Shown here: positions 37,741 through 51,400 of the stretch, one piece after another
Layout of the letters: every line of letters begins with the position of its first letter
Position numbering within the stretch: the stretch's first letter is position 1
NCBI GenBank assembly: GCA_000934665.2
Contig: JYFJ02000540.1
Span: 124,001-188,000, forward strand
Length of the DNA stretch: 64,000 nucleotides
Direction: 5' to 3'
From: Catajapyx aquilonaris
Lineage: Eukaryota
Made by a program: the position numbers and the translations under genes
The notes under the pieces: model-generated
What the model saw: the letters and a program-made list of their open reading frames with translations, nothing else
Databases searched by the model: none
What the model was told of the DNA's origin: nothing

Positions 37741-40700
37741 TGACCTCGTTGCAAGCACACACGAATGGGCCGGTGGTGAAATGCTCTAGATCTTGTCCCA
37801 GACAAGTGACATTTCTGGACCAAACCTTGCACACGAAATGCTTGTTGCCCTAGGAAAAGGGCATTCACCCAGATGGCTTCACACCATGGGGTTAGGCTCT
37901 CTTTTTTCTTTTTAAAAAAAGAAACAAGAAAGAAGATAACCGACACCAGAAAAATTCTTGGTGTCGCACGCATTATCCGTCCTCTCATCTTTCCAGCCCC
38001 GAAAAACCGGCCGTCGCCACAAATGGACCAAAAACGTCTTCGCCCACTTTGCGACTATTTTTCTCCATTGACGATGTCAGACTCGGAGGCAGAAAACCGC
38101 ATTTGCCTCTATACGCCTCGGCAGATGCGAAAGACAACAACGTCGTTCCCTAAATGGGCACGTCCTAATGTGTTAGTCCGAAAAATAGGTCCCTTCGTGT
38201 GCTAACTGGAACCCGCACATTTTTTGTGTGTCAGACTCGGAGAGCACGGTAATAAAATAACAATGCGGAAGGAAAGTTTAAAAAGCTCCGGGTTTTCTGT
38301 ACCGAATTTAAAAAAAGCGCGACTGTGAGCGGAATACTGTTCCTATTTAACGATTACGGATACCTTCGTCTTGCGGATGGGAAACTTTTCGCCCACTTCA
38401 CTTTTTCATGCCTTAATTAGATGCATTCCAGCATGGAGACGAGAGAAAAAAAAAGGTCCTTTCTTTTTGTTGGTCTCTCAAGGCAAGTTGAAAATCAATG
38501 TTTGGATGCAAAATGTTCCTTCAAAACACATGTTACACGCTAATGCTTTCAATATAATTTGCGCAAAGTTGGCTCAATTTTAAAATTTCGCAAAAAATTT
38601 TTTCTGTGTGCAGGTTGGTCGAGTTGGCAACCTCTTCTAAAAAGAAAATCGTAGCCGATCCACGCAGTGTCCGCCAGCCAAAACTTGTGTTTCCTGGGGC
38701 CAAGTTTTCCTTTCCTTCTCTCCCCGCAAACACCGAAACTGTCAAAAGCAGGTTACACTTACAAATTGCATCCAGTGAAAGTCTGCAGCTCCAGGGTTTG
38801 GGAGGGGGGACCCCCACAGTTTGGGAGTGGGTGGACTTGTTGGAATGCACGTCAGAGGCATCCTCGGACACTTGGTCGCAAAGAATGAAGCATTGAAAAA
38901 GGGAAGGCCTAGACGAGAATGCGAGAAAAAAATATATAGAAGGGTGGTAGATGGGAGGAAGGAAAGAAAAGAAAGAGGAAAAAAAAGAGCAGACTGGACG
39001 TGCAGGGCATGTTGGAGGAAGAAAAGAAGGGGTTTTTTGGGTGGGTGGTGGGTACCAGAGATGCGAAAGAAGAGCATCAAAGAGGGTGGCCCAATATTGA
39101 CTCTGCTAAGAGCTACTGAAAAGTTCAACAATAGGGCGAAACTGGCGCCTCTGTGCGGATCATGTGGCTAGGCGACCTAAAAGAAGAACTGGAGAGAAAA
39201 AAAAGTCGCTAAACGATGCCACCATCTATATATCAGAAAGGTTTATAACCTCTTTTATTTTTTTCACAACCCGACAGTTAAGCTTTCCACAAGATTGTTG
39301 ATTCAGAGGACTTGATCCGTGAGAGAAAGACCGGAGACATCTGGATTAGAAGCGTTCCACCGAATCTCAAGGCGTGATCGAGCCAATTAACGAACCATCA
39401 TTGTCATAAGCCGCAGGGTGTCAACATGACTTGTTCAGCGAATGGTGTAAACAGATTGAGCTTCAGATCAACATTAATTCATAGAGCTAGTACTATTTTA
39501 GGTTTAACAACCTAAAGTATTTTTTTATATATATTTCAAAAGGACTTATCTGGCCCAACTCAGGTGCATGCGCAATCATTTGGGAAGAAGCTTCATGGTT
39601 CGACAGACTTTCCGCTGGTCTGGGATGAACTTTTCTCGCTGGAATGCGTGACAAGCAAATTAGATTCTCGAGCAAAATGTCTTCCCCCATTCTCTTTTTT
39701 TATGTCTTTCACTGTCTCCCTGAAGGGAAACTCTTTGAAAACTGTGCTAACAATAATGTTTCCTCAGCTAGGACATCGGTTATAGGCGCAGTGTGATGCT
39801 AATCATACCGTTCCAATAACGTTCAAAGCGATCTAATGTCTACACGCCATTGTGATAATTTGGCCGCGAACAAGAAGACGGGAAGGGGAGTTTCAAAAGC
39901 GGGCCGTCACCGTGACAAAATCTACTTTATGAAATGTCGGCCTCGCGTGACTTGGATCCAATGCCGTAGAAAACCCGCCCCTTTGACACCGTCTGATTTC
40001 ACCCAACACAAAGCGGACGGAAATCTGCCAGTAATTACGTTTTCGGCGACGGGAACGACGACGGTCGTCTCCTCTCCAAAAGCTGTATTCCAACACATGC
40101 AGCTCTTTTTTTTCGAGAAGAAAATCCAGAAGAAACTGAACTAGGTAAAAAAAAAGAGGGGGCCATTCGTTTCCACGCTTTACACGGGAAATGAAACCTG
40201 GCGTTAAGAAGAAATTCAATTAGGGCGGATCACCTGCAGAGAGATCTTATCTTCAGGCGCGAGTCTCAAAAAAAATGCAAGACTCGCCACGTTAGTAGAA
40301 TAAGATATGTAAAAAAAAAGGAGTGGGCCAACTGCTCAAATAATTATTCTCCCAGAAGCAACATTAGTCTTGCCCCTCCTAACCAGAAAAGGTAACAAAT
40401 CCGTCCTCCCACCGACTCATTCCAAGAGACTTAATGCCTCTTGGGCTTAACTTCCCCGACGAAAATGAACTGGGTTCATAATTGGGCCAGACAAACCCCA
40501 GTCTTTAGGAAGCTGCCTTGTGCCAACTCTAGAAACCGTTTTAGATACAACCCCCGAGTCCTTAATCATGCGGGGATGACTTCTCTAATCAAATCAAATG
40601 CCTTCAGTGCAAATCTAGCTCCAGCATAGAGCAAACCTCTCTCACTATTTGACGTTGACATAACACGCACCTTTCGCATGTACCCAATAGGTGCGCCTAT

Positions 40701-42789
40701 ACCTTCGATCGCTCTACACAAGTCGGCAATTAAGCCTCGCCCCAGTAATAGAGCGGAGGTGAAGTTTGCTTAGGAATATTTCTGAGAAGGCCAGATAAGT
40801 GCTGCTGTATATAAGGGCATCTGGTTCCTTTCCTATGCAATTTTGAACGTGCACGCAACCTAACGTGCCAAACCCGGGTAAGGAAAGACACAAACGAGCG
40901 GGGACGTTATAAATTAATTCCGCTCACCAGGGGCGTATTAAGAGTGCACATGTGAAAAGGGAGCGGCCATTTTTCAACACCCTGTCAAGAAAAGCGGAAT
41001 ATCTTCATGCAGAAACGATGGTAAAATGAAGGAGGCGCCAATATTTTTTTGCATATTCATCAGCATAAATTTCAGAGAAAATAATCTGATGTTGCCGATA
41101 ATGATGTCCAATATTTTGGCCCAAGTGTAGATCTATCCATCCTGAAAATATCGTCAGAAATTGGAGCAACATCAGAGCAATCAAGGGAAGCGGCTATTGC
41201 ATCGCCATTTACCTGGGCAGCAGGCCATTATTTCTTGAGCCTCAATCAAACGCGATATCCTTTTTGCGCGATTCTCCTATCCGTTTTCCCGTTCTCGGAT
41301 CTAATGATGCCTCTCAAAACCATATCCCACACAATTTGAAGCACACTCCAAGTTTACCGGTCAGCTCCACGGAAGTTACGGGAACCCCCCCTTGGAGGGC
41401 CATAAATCCTCAATAAGTATCGTGTTTCCTGGAAGGTCGCGAGAAAGAGGAAGAAGAAGAAGAGAGAGGTTCCAACAGCGCATGTTCCGTTTTCATATAC
41501 AACTATAGTAGTACGTACTCTGTGCAAAATTTAATTTTGATTTAATCCCCGCCGTTATGATTAATAATTCTGCTACAAGTGGTTTAAGAGCCACTTCATT
41601 ATTAGCAGGTAGCAGCATCCATCAGGTCACGAGGTCATAGACTTTCCAACTACCAGGACCTTGCCCTCCATCTCCTCAGCACAAGATGAAAGAGCATGCC
41701 TAATAGCATTAAGCCAGCAACACAATTTAATTTGGTGTAATCGGGATCTTATCTGTCGAGCGAGCTTGGAAGGAGGATGCATATGGGATGGGGCTTGTGC
41801 CTTGAGCCTCAGGCTCTCATATTTGCTTGTCAAGATGAGGTAAGAAGGGGCTGCTGCTACGTCCTCATAAAAGGGAGCCCCGAAATGCTGACAACCCCGA
41901 AAAGACCTGTTCCGTTCCCCCAGACTTATTAGACCAGGTCGGACCACCCCCTGAGGGAGAAGCTGAAATCTCTTTTGTCTAATAAATCGGGAGGCAGGGA
42001 GATGGCGGCCATCTTTATAAGGTCAGCTGGTGGCGGGTGAAGGTGGCCATACCCGCCGGGCAGTTTCCAAGCATCGCTCTCGGGGCGTTTGAAATGATGG
42101 GCTCTCTCTCGAGATGGCCCGACAACTAATGAAGTTTACCCAGCCTGCGAGCCGGAGGAGATTGGACATCGAATGAGGTGGGCTTAGCATGGACGAAGAC
42201 AGGAAGGGGCTCAAATTGCGTTGTTTATAGGTCAAATTCGTCAGCACCGCTGTCTGAGAGAACAAGCATTGCGTGGAGGAAACCCTAGATGGAAACCCTT
42301 CCCTTGACTCTCAAGGCTCGTGTATTCTAGCATATAGGGTTACAGCCACCCTTCGGTGTAATCATGGCAGGGAAGCTTTCTAAGGGTCGGTTATATCAAC
42401 TCTAGTTAAGGACGGAATCTCTGATTACACACTGTGAACATCTACACGTAATCAGAGACCTTCTCTTAATTTTCTCAGCTGATGCAGCAAGCCATACTTG
42501 CTTAGAAGATACACTTTTCGAGCAAGAATTACTGTACAAACGACAGACAACAAATTTTTCCTATCGAACAAATCAAGAAACAGTAATTTCAGATTTAGTG
42601 AGTACGTAATATTATGGCCCAGGTGACCGTGCCCAATGTGAGGTGAACCCGAAGTGAAAATGTTCCATATTATATTGGAAGTAGAAAGCGTCAAGTTGAT
42701 GCCTGTAGCCAAAAATGGACACACTTTTGACAGCATGAGATATAGCCTGGTTTTGATAATGACCTACATTATTGCTGTCGATAGCCGTT

Positions 42790-43350
42790 ATAACTGACGG
42801 AGTTCTAGAACTCGAGGTAACTGGAGGCAACTTCCAATAAAGCCTTTTGCAAAAAGCAATGTGCGAACCGAGCATTCAGATTCACAAGACATGGGACAAA
42901 AACCCAAATTAATATACAGCTCGAAGCTTTGCAAGCAACCAGTTCTGCGCACAAAAGTAGCATAAATTTGGCAATAGTTGGCAGGCTTGCAGAGCGGATG
43001 GCCCCGAGAGTAGCCAGCCAACCAATAAAACGTTGATAATACGAACAGCATTAATGTACAAGTGTTGATTAGGTTTTGAGCGGGCCCCTGGATTTTGGGC
43101 CTGAAGCGACGGGCACACATAGACGAGGCAGCCATAAGTTGGCCCAATTGTTAATACGAAGGCCATTGTAGGCAGGCAAGTGAACGCGTTCGGCACACAG
43201 GCTTTTGTGGCCAGCTCAACTACACTCGCCTTATTAATTACACGTTCAATTACAGCGTTTGGCGCAGGACTTCAAACGCTGAAGAGCTGACTTTGGTTAA
43301 CCCGAGTTGTTACTGTAGCATAAAATTGCAATTTTCATACCCTACTCCCA
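42790..43350 (-). mobile_element. Decayed L2-like LINE ORF2 C-terminal fragment reaching the ORF end
   Basis: QLGLT..IERVINKAS..KACVP..FVLTIGP..YVCPSL..NAVRII..SALQACQLLPNL..LLAK..RTLLFAKGFIGSCLQL is colinear with KLLGxT..IxxIxxKAS..KxAGVP..IRPxLEYACP..RALRII..EALxxLxLPxL..FAK..RTxRFxxSFIP. Confidence 0.55.
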
Positions 43351-44919
43351 CTTTGTGCACGGCACTAGTGCAGCGCACCGGATCTCATTACGACTATCGG
43401 GCCATTTATTTAGGCTCTGCAACCCCCCAGCAACTTTTTCGTGACATTAAATTATTTTTTTCAACTAAAAAGCGATTTTGCAATTATGTGTGGCCTCACA
43501 TATTCTGCGATGATTTTTGCAATGTTCGTGAATCTCGCACCTTTTGTGTCAATCACAAAAATATGCTTTTTTTGTAAAAATGTCCAAACCCTTGGAGAAA
43601 CAGCAACTTACTTACTTACGAGTATAATGTAAACACATTTTTATATTCTCTGTACTGCTCTTTAAAAGCACTATCTGATTCTAAACTTTCAGATTTGATC
43701 AGCACAGCCTGCATTTTGTTAAGGTCAGGTGGCCACAAAGCCCTTTTACACACCTAACATTCCGGAAATTTAACGCCTCCAAAAATAGCAGTGACAATCC
43801 CTTATTCTCTGATGATCCTATCGCGTGATCCGGAAACTCCGGTGTACAGACATGTTTGATCTGGACCACACAGGTCGAATAGCCCTCTCGAGAAGAGTCT
43901 TTAGTCCGAACCCTCTGGACAACAAAAAGGAAAGGGGGTGGGGGAAAAAAAAGAAGTAGCATGCAAACTCCCCTGCTGTGCCCCGATTCCACCTTAAGGG
44001 GACGACTATAAATCACCGCACGCGACACTTGCCCGGATTATGTGCCGATTACTAGTCCGGAGACCCTTTAACTCCCCCGCACACCCTCGACGTATAGTTC
44101 CCTTTGGAACCCTCCAAAAGGCAACTGGAAATTTCTCTTTGGCCCACGTACCGTCTGTCCCCATTCAATGTGGTGTCGGACGACCTCAAGGAGTCTCCGG
44201 AGCCCTTATCCCGGATAACAATCCTGATGCTGCACCTAGAGCTCGTTTTACACTCCGGTTAGCTCATCCAGGCTTTTTCTGCCGGATGGCCAACCTGGAT
44301 CACACTTTTCTTCGCTCTTTGTGTGTGAGCACAGGTTGGTCGAACCTGCTCTCTATAGACATTGGTTCAAGAAGGGGACAAGAAAAAAGTTCAATTCTGA
44401 AAAGAATTATCGTTATTTGACAAAATGCAATTATGATCCTGCATGATTACAATACACACAATTTTATACAGGGAGGTAAAAAAACATGACTATGAAATGA
44501 CACACTATTTTAGCGCATCTAGGACTTAAAGAAAGTAAAATTAAATGTTTAACATTATGATTTACTGCCTGGCACATTACTCATTATTACCGTACTTCTA
44601 GTATGTGCGTATGCAAATATTTTTTGCAAAAATATTCGCCGAATTTTTTCGTCAAAAATGCGGCTTCGTAGAATATATTGCCTTGTATTATGGAAAGAAG
44701 AACAAACACACAAAAAATCCCATCTAGCCACTGTTGTAATAGGGACGCTTTCATATTTGATAATGACATTATTTTACACCGCATAAAAATCGCAGTGCTG
44801 TGTTTGTCGCGTTTTAAAGCGGCCATAAAATATTTACTGCTGGTTGTTTCCAGATACGGCCAATGATATAATCGTAAAAGTTTGTTATTCTCATATGCAC
44901 GGTGGTTACAGCTCGGGGA

Positions 44920-45460
44920 AGTAGAGCCAAAAGTTATCGATTTGTCGCCTGCTTAAAGGTCGTGGTCATACCAGGCAGAGCTAGTCAAGTTGGCAGTTTG
45001 AGACCCTTGAGTTAATCGACATTAGCTCGATTGTATCATACAAGGCCATTCATTCCCCAAATACAAAGAAGTGTAAAGAAGGCAACCCAAACAAGTGAAC
45101 ATGACCTGATTGTTTCCAACAAATTGATGGGGTAACCTTTTGACCTTTTGAACTGTGAACTGGTAGTTCACCAAGTCTTAAATAAGAAATCAGCACCTTC
45201 GTACAGCTGGAAGAGACGTATAACTAATTATGTACAAAGAGCAGTAATACTTAATGTATTTTGAATAATTAATTGATTTTTCTTCATGTCATACTACAGT
45301 ACTTCTCATCAAAGCGCAGAACTCTCAATTACGTATAACAATCAATGCCACATATTTTAGTCACAGTATACTGCTGTAAAATAGCAGACCATGAACCAGT
45401 TAGGTATATGCTAACCTAATTTCTACGCTCGCAAGCTTCATGGACCGTCCTGGAATTGGG
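44920..45460 (+). mobile_element. Decayed L2-like RT fragment
   Basis: YRFVACL (xKFVDDL), PNTKKCKE (LNxKKCKE), QIDGVT, SWKRRITNYVQRA (LxWxxHIxxIxxKA), AELSITY and QYTAVK* occur in the expected order. Confidence 0.5.
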
Positions 45461-48400
45461 CCGTGAAATTAACTCAGTGATTAAAGCGTCCCTTTGTTAA
45501 GCATTCTAGAAACATGTTTGCAATTTTTCTTTACAGCAAACTTCCACGTTTTTCTGCAAATAAGGCGTCAAACACTGTGGAATATGGCTATACATTAACG
45601 TATACATTTTATATGACTGTCGAGACTTTATAGGTCCAAGGTGCGCTTGCAAGACATGTCGAAAATCCTGCAATTCCAAGGCTAGACTTGTAGTATAGCT
45701 TCAGGCAGTCCTAAGTCATCCTGAGTAATTGCTCTCTGACGGTCTGCAAACGAGCAGGACACGACAAAAGCAGGCGAACTCACCGGAAAACGTGGGCACG
45801 GAAACGAGCAGCCATCGAACAGCGTTTCCAAACGTGTCGAGTACTCTTTAATCTTTCAGATTGCAGCAAATTGGGCCCTTGGAAAGCCTTGGCCTTCCCC
45901 TCCAATGAGCTCTTCAAGTGGGCTTCAGAGCCACTTGTTGCCAAAAGAGCTGAAATGATATGACTCTCTAATTGCTCGGCCAAAAAAAATAAGAAAAGAA
46001 GAAGAAGAAGGAAATCGTACCATTTACAACCAATGCGCTCCTTCCCTGACGTTTCCTTACATTGAATTGAGAATTGACCTAGAATATTAAATATAATTGG
46101 TTTTAAAGGGAACATTCCCGCTATAACTGCAAATGTGTGCACATTTTTAGAAATAATGTATGAAAATGCATGATCGCATATTTTTATATTATTGTCGCAT
46201 GCGTGTGTATGTCAACTAAAATATTGCCATGTGTGTGTAAAATTTGAATATTTAAAATGTGTGAAAGTTGTGCCCAGGCATATTCTTCATTTGTCAAAAA
46301 TCTCCAAAATGTGCCTACACAGCCTACATATAAGTCTCTCATTTTTACTTGATTCAAATGTTGATTACACATACCATTCTTCATATCATGAACTTTTATA
46401 ATCACAGTCTTTTTGTGACTCAGCATGCGTAAACAAAAATGAATGTCCATTTCATTCATTATAACAATAGAAAGTATATACCGCATGATTATGCTTTTCT
46501 ACTCTCTCCTTTCATAAGGTTTGCTTCACCGAGCCTTATGCAAAATAATGTGCACAATAGCTCCCCCTTTGTAATACCACACACGGCTGCATTTTCAAAA
46601 CAGCCTGAACCATTCAACCGTTCCGAGTTTCAAAACAAAACGACACAAGTCTGAGGCAAGTTACGACTGAGTGAACCATGTTTTTTAAAAATGTATCGCG
46701 TCATATGGCCTGTCACATTGGGCTGGGTAGATCAAAAAATATATATGTTATCGCACCGTGTGTGTGTTTGTGTTGTTCCCTAACCTTATTTGTTCGACAT
46801 GGGGTTTCTCTCCGAGCAGGAAATTGAAAACGCCGTTGGAAATCTTTCTTCGCACAATCTCGTTTCTCAAAGGAAGGGCACTTTTCCTCATTAACCCTTG
46901 AAATGTGAGATGGAAAAGAAGAAGAAGAAGAAAAAACATGCAATTTTTTTTTACAAAGCAAAACCATATACGAAGCGACGTTTCACCGTCCCTTTACACA
47001 GTAGGCCTACAACGAGCATTCATATATATTTTCTCTTTTCCTTCCATATTTATTCTCGAAAATCCAGACTGCAGCTTAACCTTCTTTTTTCCCCCCCTCC
47101 CGTGTAATCCAATGGTCTCCATGGGAATATTTCGCAGCGTAAAACCTCCCCCAACTGGAAAATCCTCCAATAATGCTTGCTTTTCAACGGTACAATTTCA
47201 TTCTCCAGTGAGCGTCCAGATCAAACCAACATTCACACCCGAAAATTGTACACTAACGGAAGAAGTATGGCCACTCTTCATATTTTACAAAACGCTTCCC
47301 ATATATGCAGACACAAGAAAAATATTTTTTTTGCAAAAAAAAAATAACCAATACAAGCTGTTTCGGCAGCACAAGCAACTCCAGAGTTATATACGAAAGT
47401 TTGCTGCACCATCGATTTGGGTAAATTGCCTGCAAGGAGTTCTTTGTAATTAATGGCTCAATTTCGCCTGGTCTAATATCCTGTTTCTGGGTCAACAACG
47501 ATGCAATTTGGCTCTAATGTCCTTTTTTTCTTTAATTACTTGAGGAATGATCATGCTGGTGTGGGGATGAAAATTATATATTCACACTTTGGCTGCACCG
47601 ACTTTAATTATTTTTTTAAATAATTTATGGCCGTTAAACAATATTATGTGTAATGCAGGTGGATTTGTTCACTATTCGCGGAGTCCGTCGCGTGCGTGTG
47701 ATCCAGCACAAGACAGGTAATCTACCCGATTAATTTATCTGCAAGTGCAACCCTCCGGATCGGAGTCCATGAAACTTTGATGCTGGCAGCAACACCACAC
47801 GTGAAAAGCTGCCACACCGTTTGCAAAAAAAGAGAGAGAGAGAGAGAGAGGTTTGCACAGTGCAACCTGCCAACCCCTATCCTCCTGCATTTTTTAAGAC
47901 CCTCCAGCCCTCACGACCGTTTGTTTCCATTCCGGACCTTAGCCTCTGGGGTTGAAGGCCCGGACTCTCACAGATGGAAATGCATGTTGGCCAAGGTCCG
48001 CTACCATTTTTGCGAGCAAGGATCGTGCCCTGGGGACATGGTCGCCATTTATAAAAATTTCCAAGCACCAAATCTCATCCTATGGTGACCCCTCTCGTGC
48101 ACACACACACACACATCAGTAAATCAAAATTTATAATGTGTCTTCCTTGTCTGGTTGACCCCCCCTCCATTTTTTGGGAGGGTTAAAATCCCCCTGATCG
48201 GAGTTCAGCAGACAGAGGACCTAGTTCTGGGCTGGAGTGTCAATTAAATTGCTTGAAATGTGAACCCCCCTTTAACCACAGGTACTGTTCGTTGAATTCG
48301 AGAGATTTCAGGAGCGAACATTCCCCTGGCTCGACAATGCTTGACCGCTACTGCTCGTTACAATCCAATAAACCCAGTCACTAACTTTTAATTAACGGGC

Positions 48401-51400
48401 GAAAAATAATTACGCGCGCAGGACAAGTCCTGGGGAAATAATGTCAAATTAATCCCGGGTTGTAGAGCGCGCAATTATTACTATGGTATATGGATACTTT
48501 GCACTATTTTTAGGCACACTATTTCAGGGGAACTAACTAATGGCGGTATTTTTAAAAAAGTAGAGACAGCACATCACAAAGTGCGTACATGCAATTATGT
48601 GGTAATGATATTTTAAAATTATAAACAAGTAGGTGCAATACACAAACGTTTTAATTAAATTGATTCCACAGAAAAGCAGATGCTATGGGCTATAAGCAAT
48701 ATGAACGTTGCAACTAACAATTAAATTTTGTGACGTCTCTACTACCCTATAAGGTTTAATGTACTATAAGACTATAAGCCTGGTTATTGCATGGGATCAT
48801 TCAATTTGTGCAAACAAAAAAATGCGACCGAAGCAGTGAGCATATAACATGACGATTCGTTTCCAAGAAAATATGATCTAAAAATATTGCCAAAAGCTAT
48901 CCAATATACATCCGGATTAAAAACAAACATTTACGTTTGTTAAGTACATCTCAGAAAATGAACGAGATCTAATTCGGAAATGGCAACATTTAAAAAAAAC
49001 GGCAGTGTTTCTCCAATATCATGGCAGTTGAATTGTATTTGCCGTTTGGCTGTACTTGAGCATTTCCAAACAGCAAAAGAAAACTTGGAGGGTCGATATC
49101 TCTACGGAAAAAAGAATTCGACTATTTTCCTTGCAAATTTTCGTTTAATTCTGAATCATCCTCATTCCCTGACGGCATTCACAGGGTGTGCTCGACAAAT
49201 CAATCATTAATAATGAGGAATTAATTTTCATCTGGGTCGCTCATTTCGTTGATAATTTTGCCGGCATTCATATTCAACCGCAGGGTAATTAGCGTGGAAT
49301 GAAAGGCAATATTGTTGCTGGTAAAAATTGCCGGATTTTCGCCGAATTGGTCCGGCCCTCCCCTGGTTTCCATTTCATGAAAACTGCCAATCTATTGCCG
49401 AAAAATGAGTTGGTCCAGCAGTGAACTAAAGAGAGGTGAGGGTGAGAGGGGATGGGGGGAATCTGAAACTATTCATGAACACAATGTTCAATTAGCTGTT
49501 CGTCACACGTGGAATTAGTGTCGATCCAGAGGGAAAATCAAAGGTTCATCACACTTTTTTTTTACATCTCGAGTTCTGGTTATATACCTTGTATGCAGGT
49601 TGGATTTAATGAGAACAGTTTGTTAGAGTGACTTTGCTAATAATTAGTTTCAGATTTTCTCTCTAACCTTTCCTGAAGTGTTGATGGTTATATAGAGCGG
49701 TGCAAACATATTTTGTACACATGCATTGTATTTTGGGTTGTGGATTTTACAGTGCAATACACCACTGAAACGCAACAGTTTGTTCCACGTTTTGTTACCT
49801 GACCAGCACTTTAAATAGACACATGACCGCACTGACCTTCAGCTCACCTGTTCTATGCAACCTAACCGCACCGCTAGAGAATAAAACAACCACACAACAC
49901 CTGCTGAACAACGCAGTGGCTATGGCTCTACTCCTGTACTTCAAAAACCTATCTGAAAATTTTGTGCCAACAGTAATTGCAAACCAGCCAGTACCCACAA
50001 TAGACACAACGCACAAGTGCACTTGAAATCTATCGTCATAAACCGCCTATGTGAAACTAAATCCAGCTCTTTCATACCTCTATTGTCCATACTATTCCAA
50101 TGGCCTTCAATCACAGTTTCAAACCGCAAAAATTGTTGGTCCCATCCCTCCCCATTTGGATCCCCTGAATGCGAAAATTCCAACACCTGAGCTGTCACCT
50201 ACAATTATCTGCCTCTGGACGTGGCTCCTCCGCCGTGTCACGCCCGAAATTCGCTTCCTTCAAGACAGATGGTCCTTTCCGAAGTCCTGGCGTGGCGTTC
50301 ATCATGCATTATTCAACAGGGCCTGAAACGAGGAAGAAGAAGAAAAAGGAGAGAGGCGGAGGGGGAAAATAAAAAAAAGAGCCTTAGTTCGCCCATTCAC
50401 CTGGCTGGCATTCCGAATGAAGATGCCAAGTCCTACTGCCATTACCTTTAAATGAATGGAGTATGTATAGTGTGATCCCAGCAATTTTATGGCTTCCAAA
50501 AATATTTCTATTGGAATATGTCACATGCACTGGTTTTAAAGACGCCACACACATGCACCAGATTGGGCTTCCGCTGTATATATATAAAAAAAGTCACGGC
50601 CCCGTGTCTCTATTTGCCGGTAGAACGACCATGAGTAGGACCTTCCCCCAAAACTAACCCCCCCTCGAAATCCTTTGGGCCGGTGAACATGGAGGTGCCC
50701 GCAGACATTTACTTCGAGTCTGGCTTCAAACCCATTTGCCTTGGCAACAGGGTGGAAAGGAGATAATGCAGTCCCAGCCGGCCCATTCATTCCCAACCAC
50801 CCAACCCCCCTGTGATATACCTGCATTTCCGACCCATGAGCCCATGTCACTACACCATTGATAAGGCTTACTGTGTGTGTGCACATTTTAATCAGTCCCG
50901 GGTCCTCGCATCGGTCACAATTTCCATACACACTGATATAACATTTTGTGAATTAGGCATTCTTTACCCCCCTAGCTCCATTCAGGATGGGGGGCCGACA
51001 ATGGCGACCAAAAAAATATTATTAAACATAGTGCAATCGAGGCTGGGATGTTCAGGAAGTAATGCATATCCGCTTTTTATACGTGTAGCGCGTGAATCCA
51101 ATCGTTTTTTAGGCATAAAAGAGGTGGGGGGGTGTATGGAAGGCCTGGGGTTTTTATATAGCCCCATATTGAACAAGCCTGGGCACATGCGCTGGGGCTT
51201 GTTAACCCTTGCCCTTCCTTTCTATTCACTATTCCGGCTACAAAGTTGAAAGCCAGATTAATGTGGGCTCCGCATCGCATTGATACGCTTCGTATCTGAC
51301 GATTGGTTTCTCTTCGGCCCGCATGAATTGAGCTCTATCTTCGCATCACGTATTTTAATATCGGTTTCCCCCCCTTTTATTTGCTACCGGGGTTATTTCG

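Noticed and set aside
42479..42597. Plus-strand exon-like segment (TTTTCTCAG|...TTA|GTGAGT, open frame ADAASHTCLEDTLFEQELLYK...)
   Set aside because: No partner exons or recognisable peptide, and an open 40-codon frame is common by chance.
12735..47453. Longest ORFs (12735..13169, 15511..15975, 15987..16436, 46905..47453)
   Set aside because: No recognisable domain. Several are rich in poly-K/F/P from homopolymers, and their lengths are compatible with chance ORFs.
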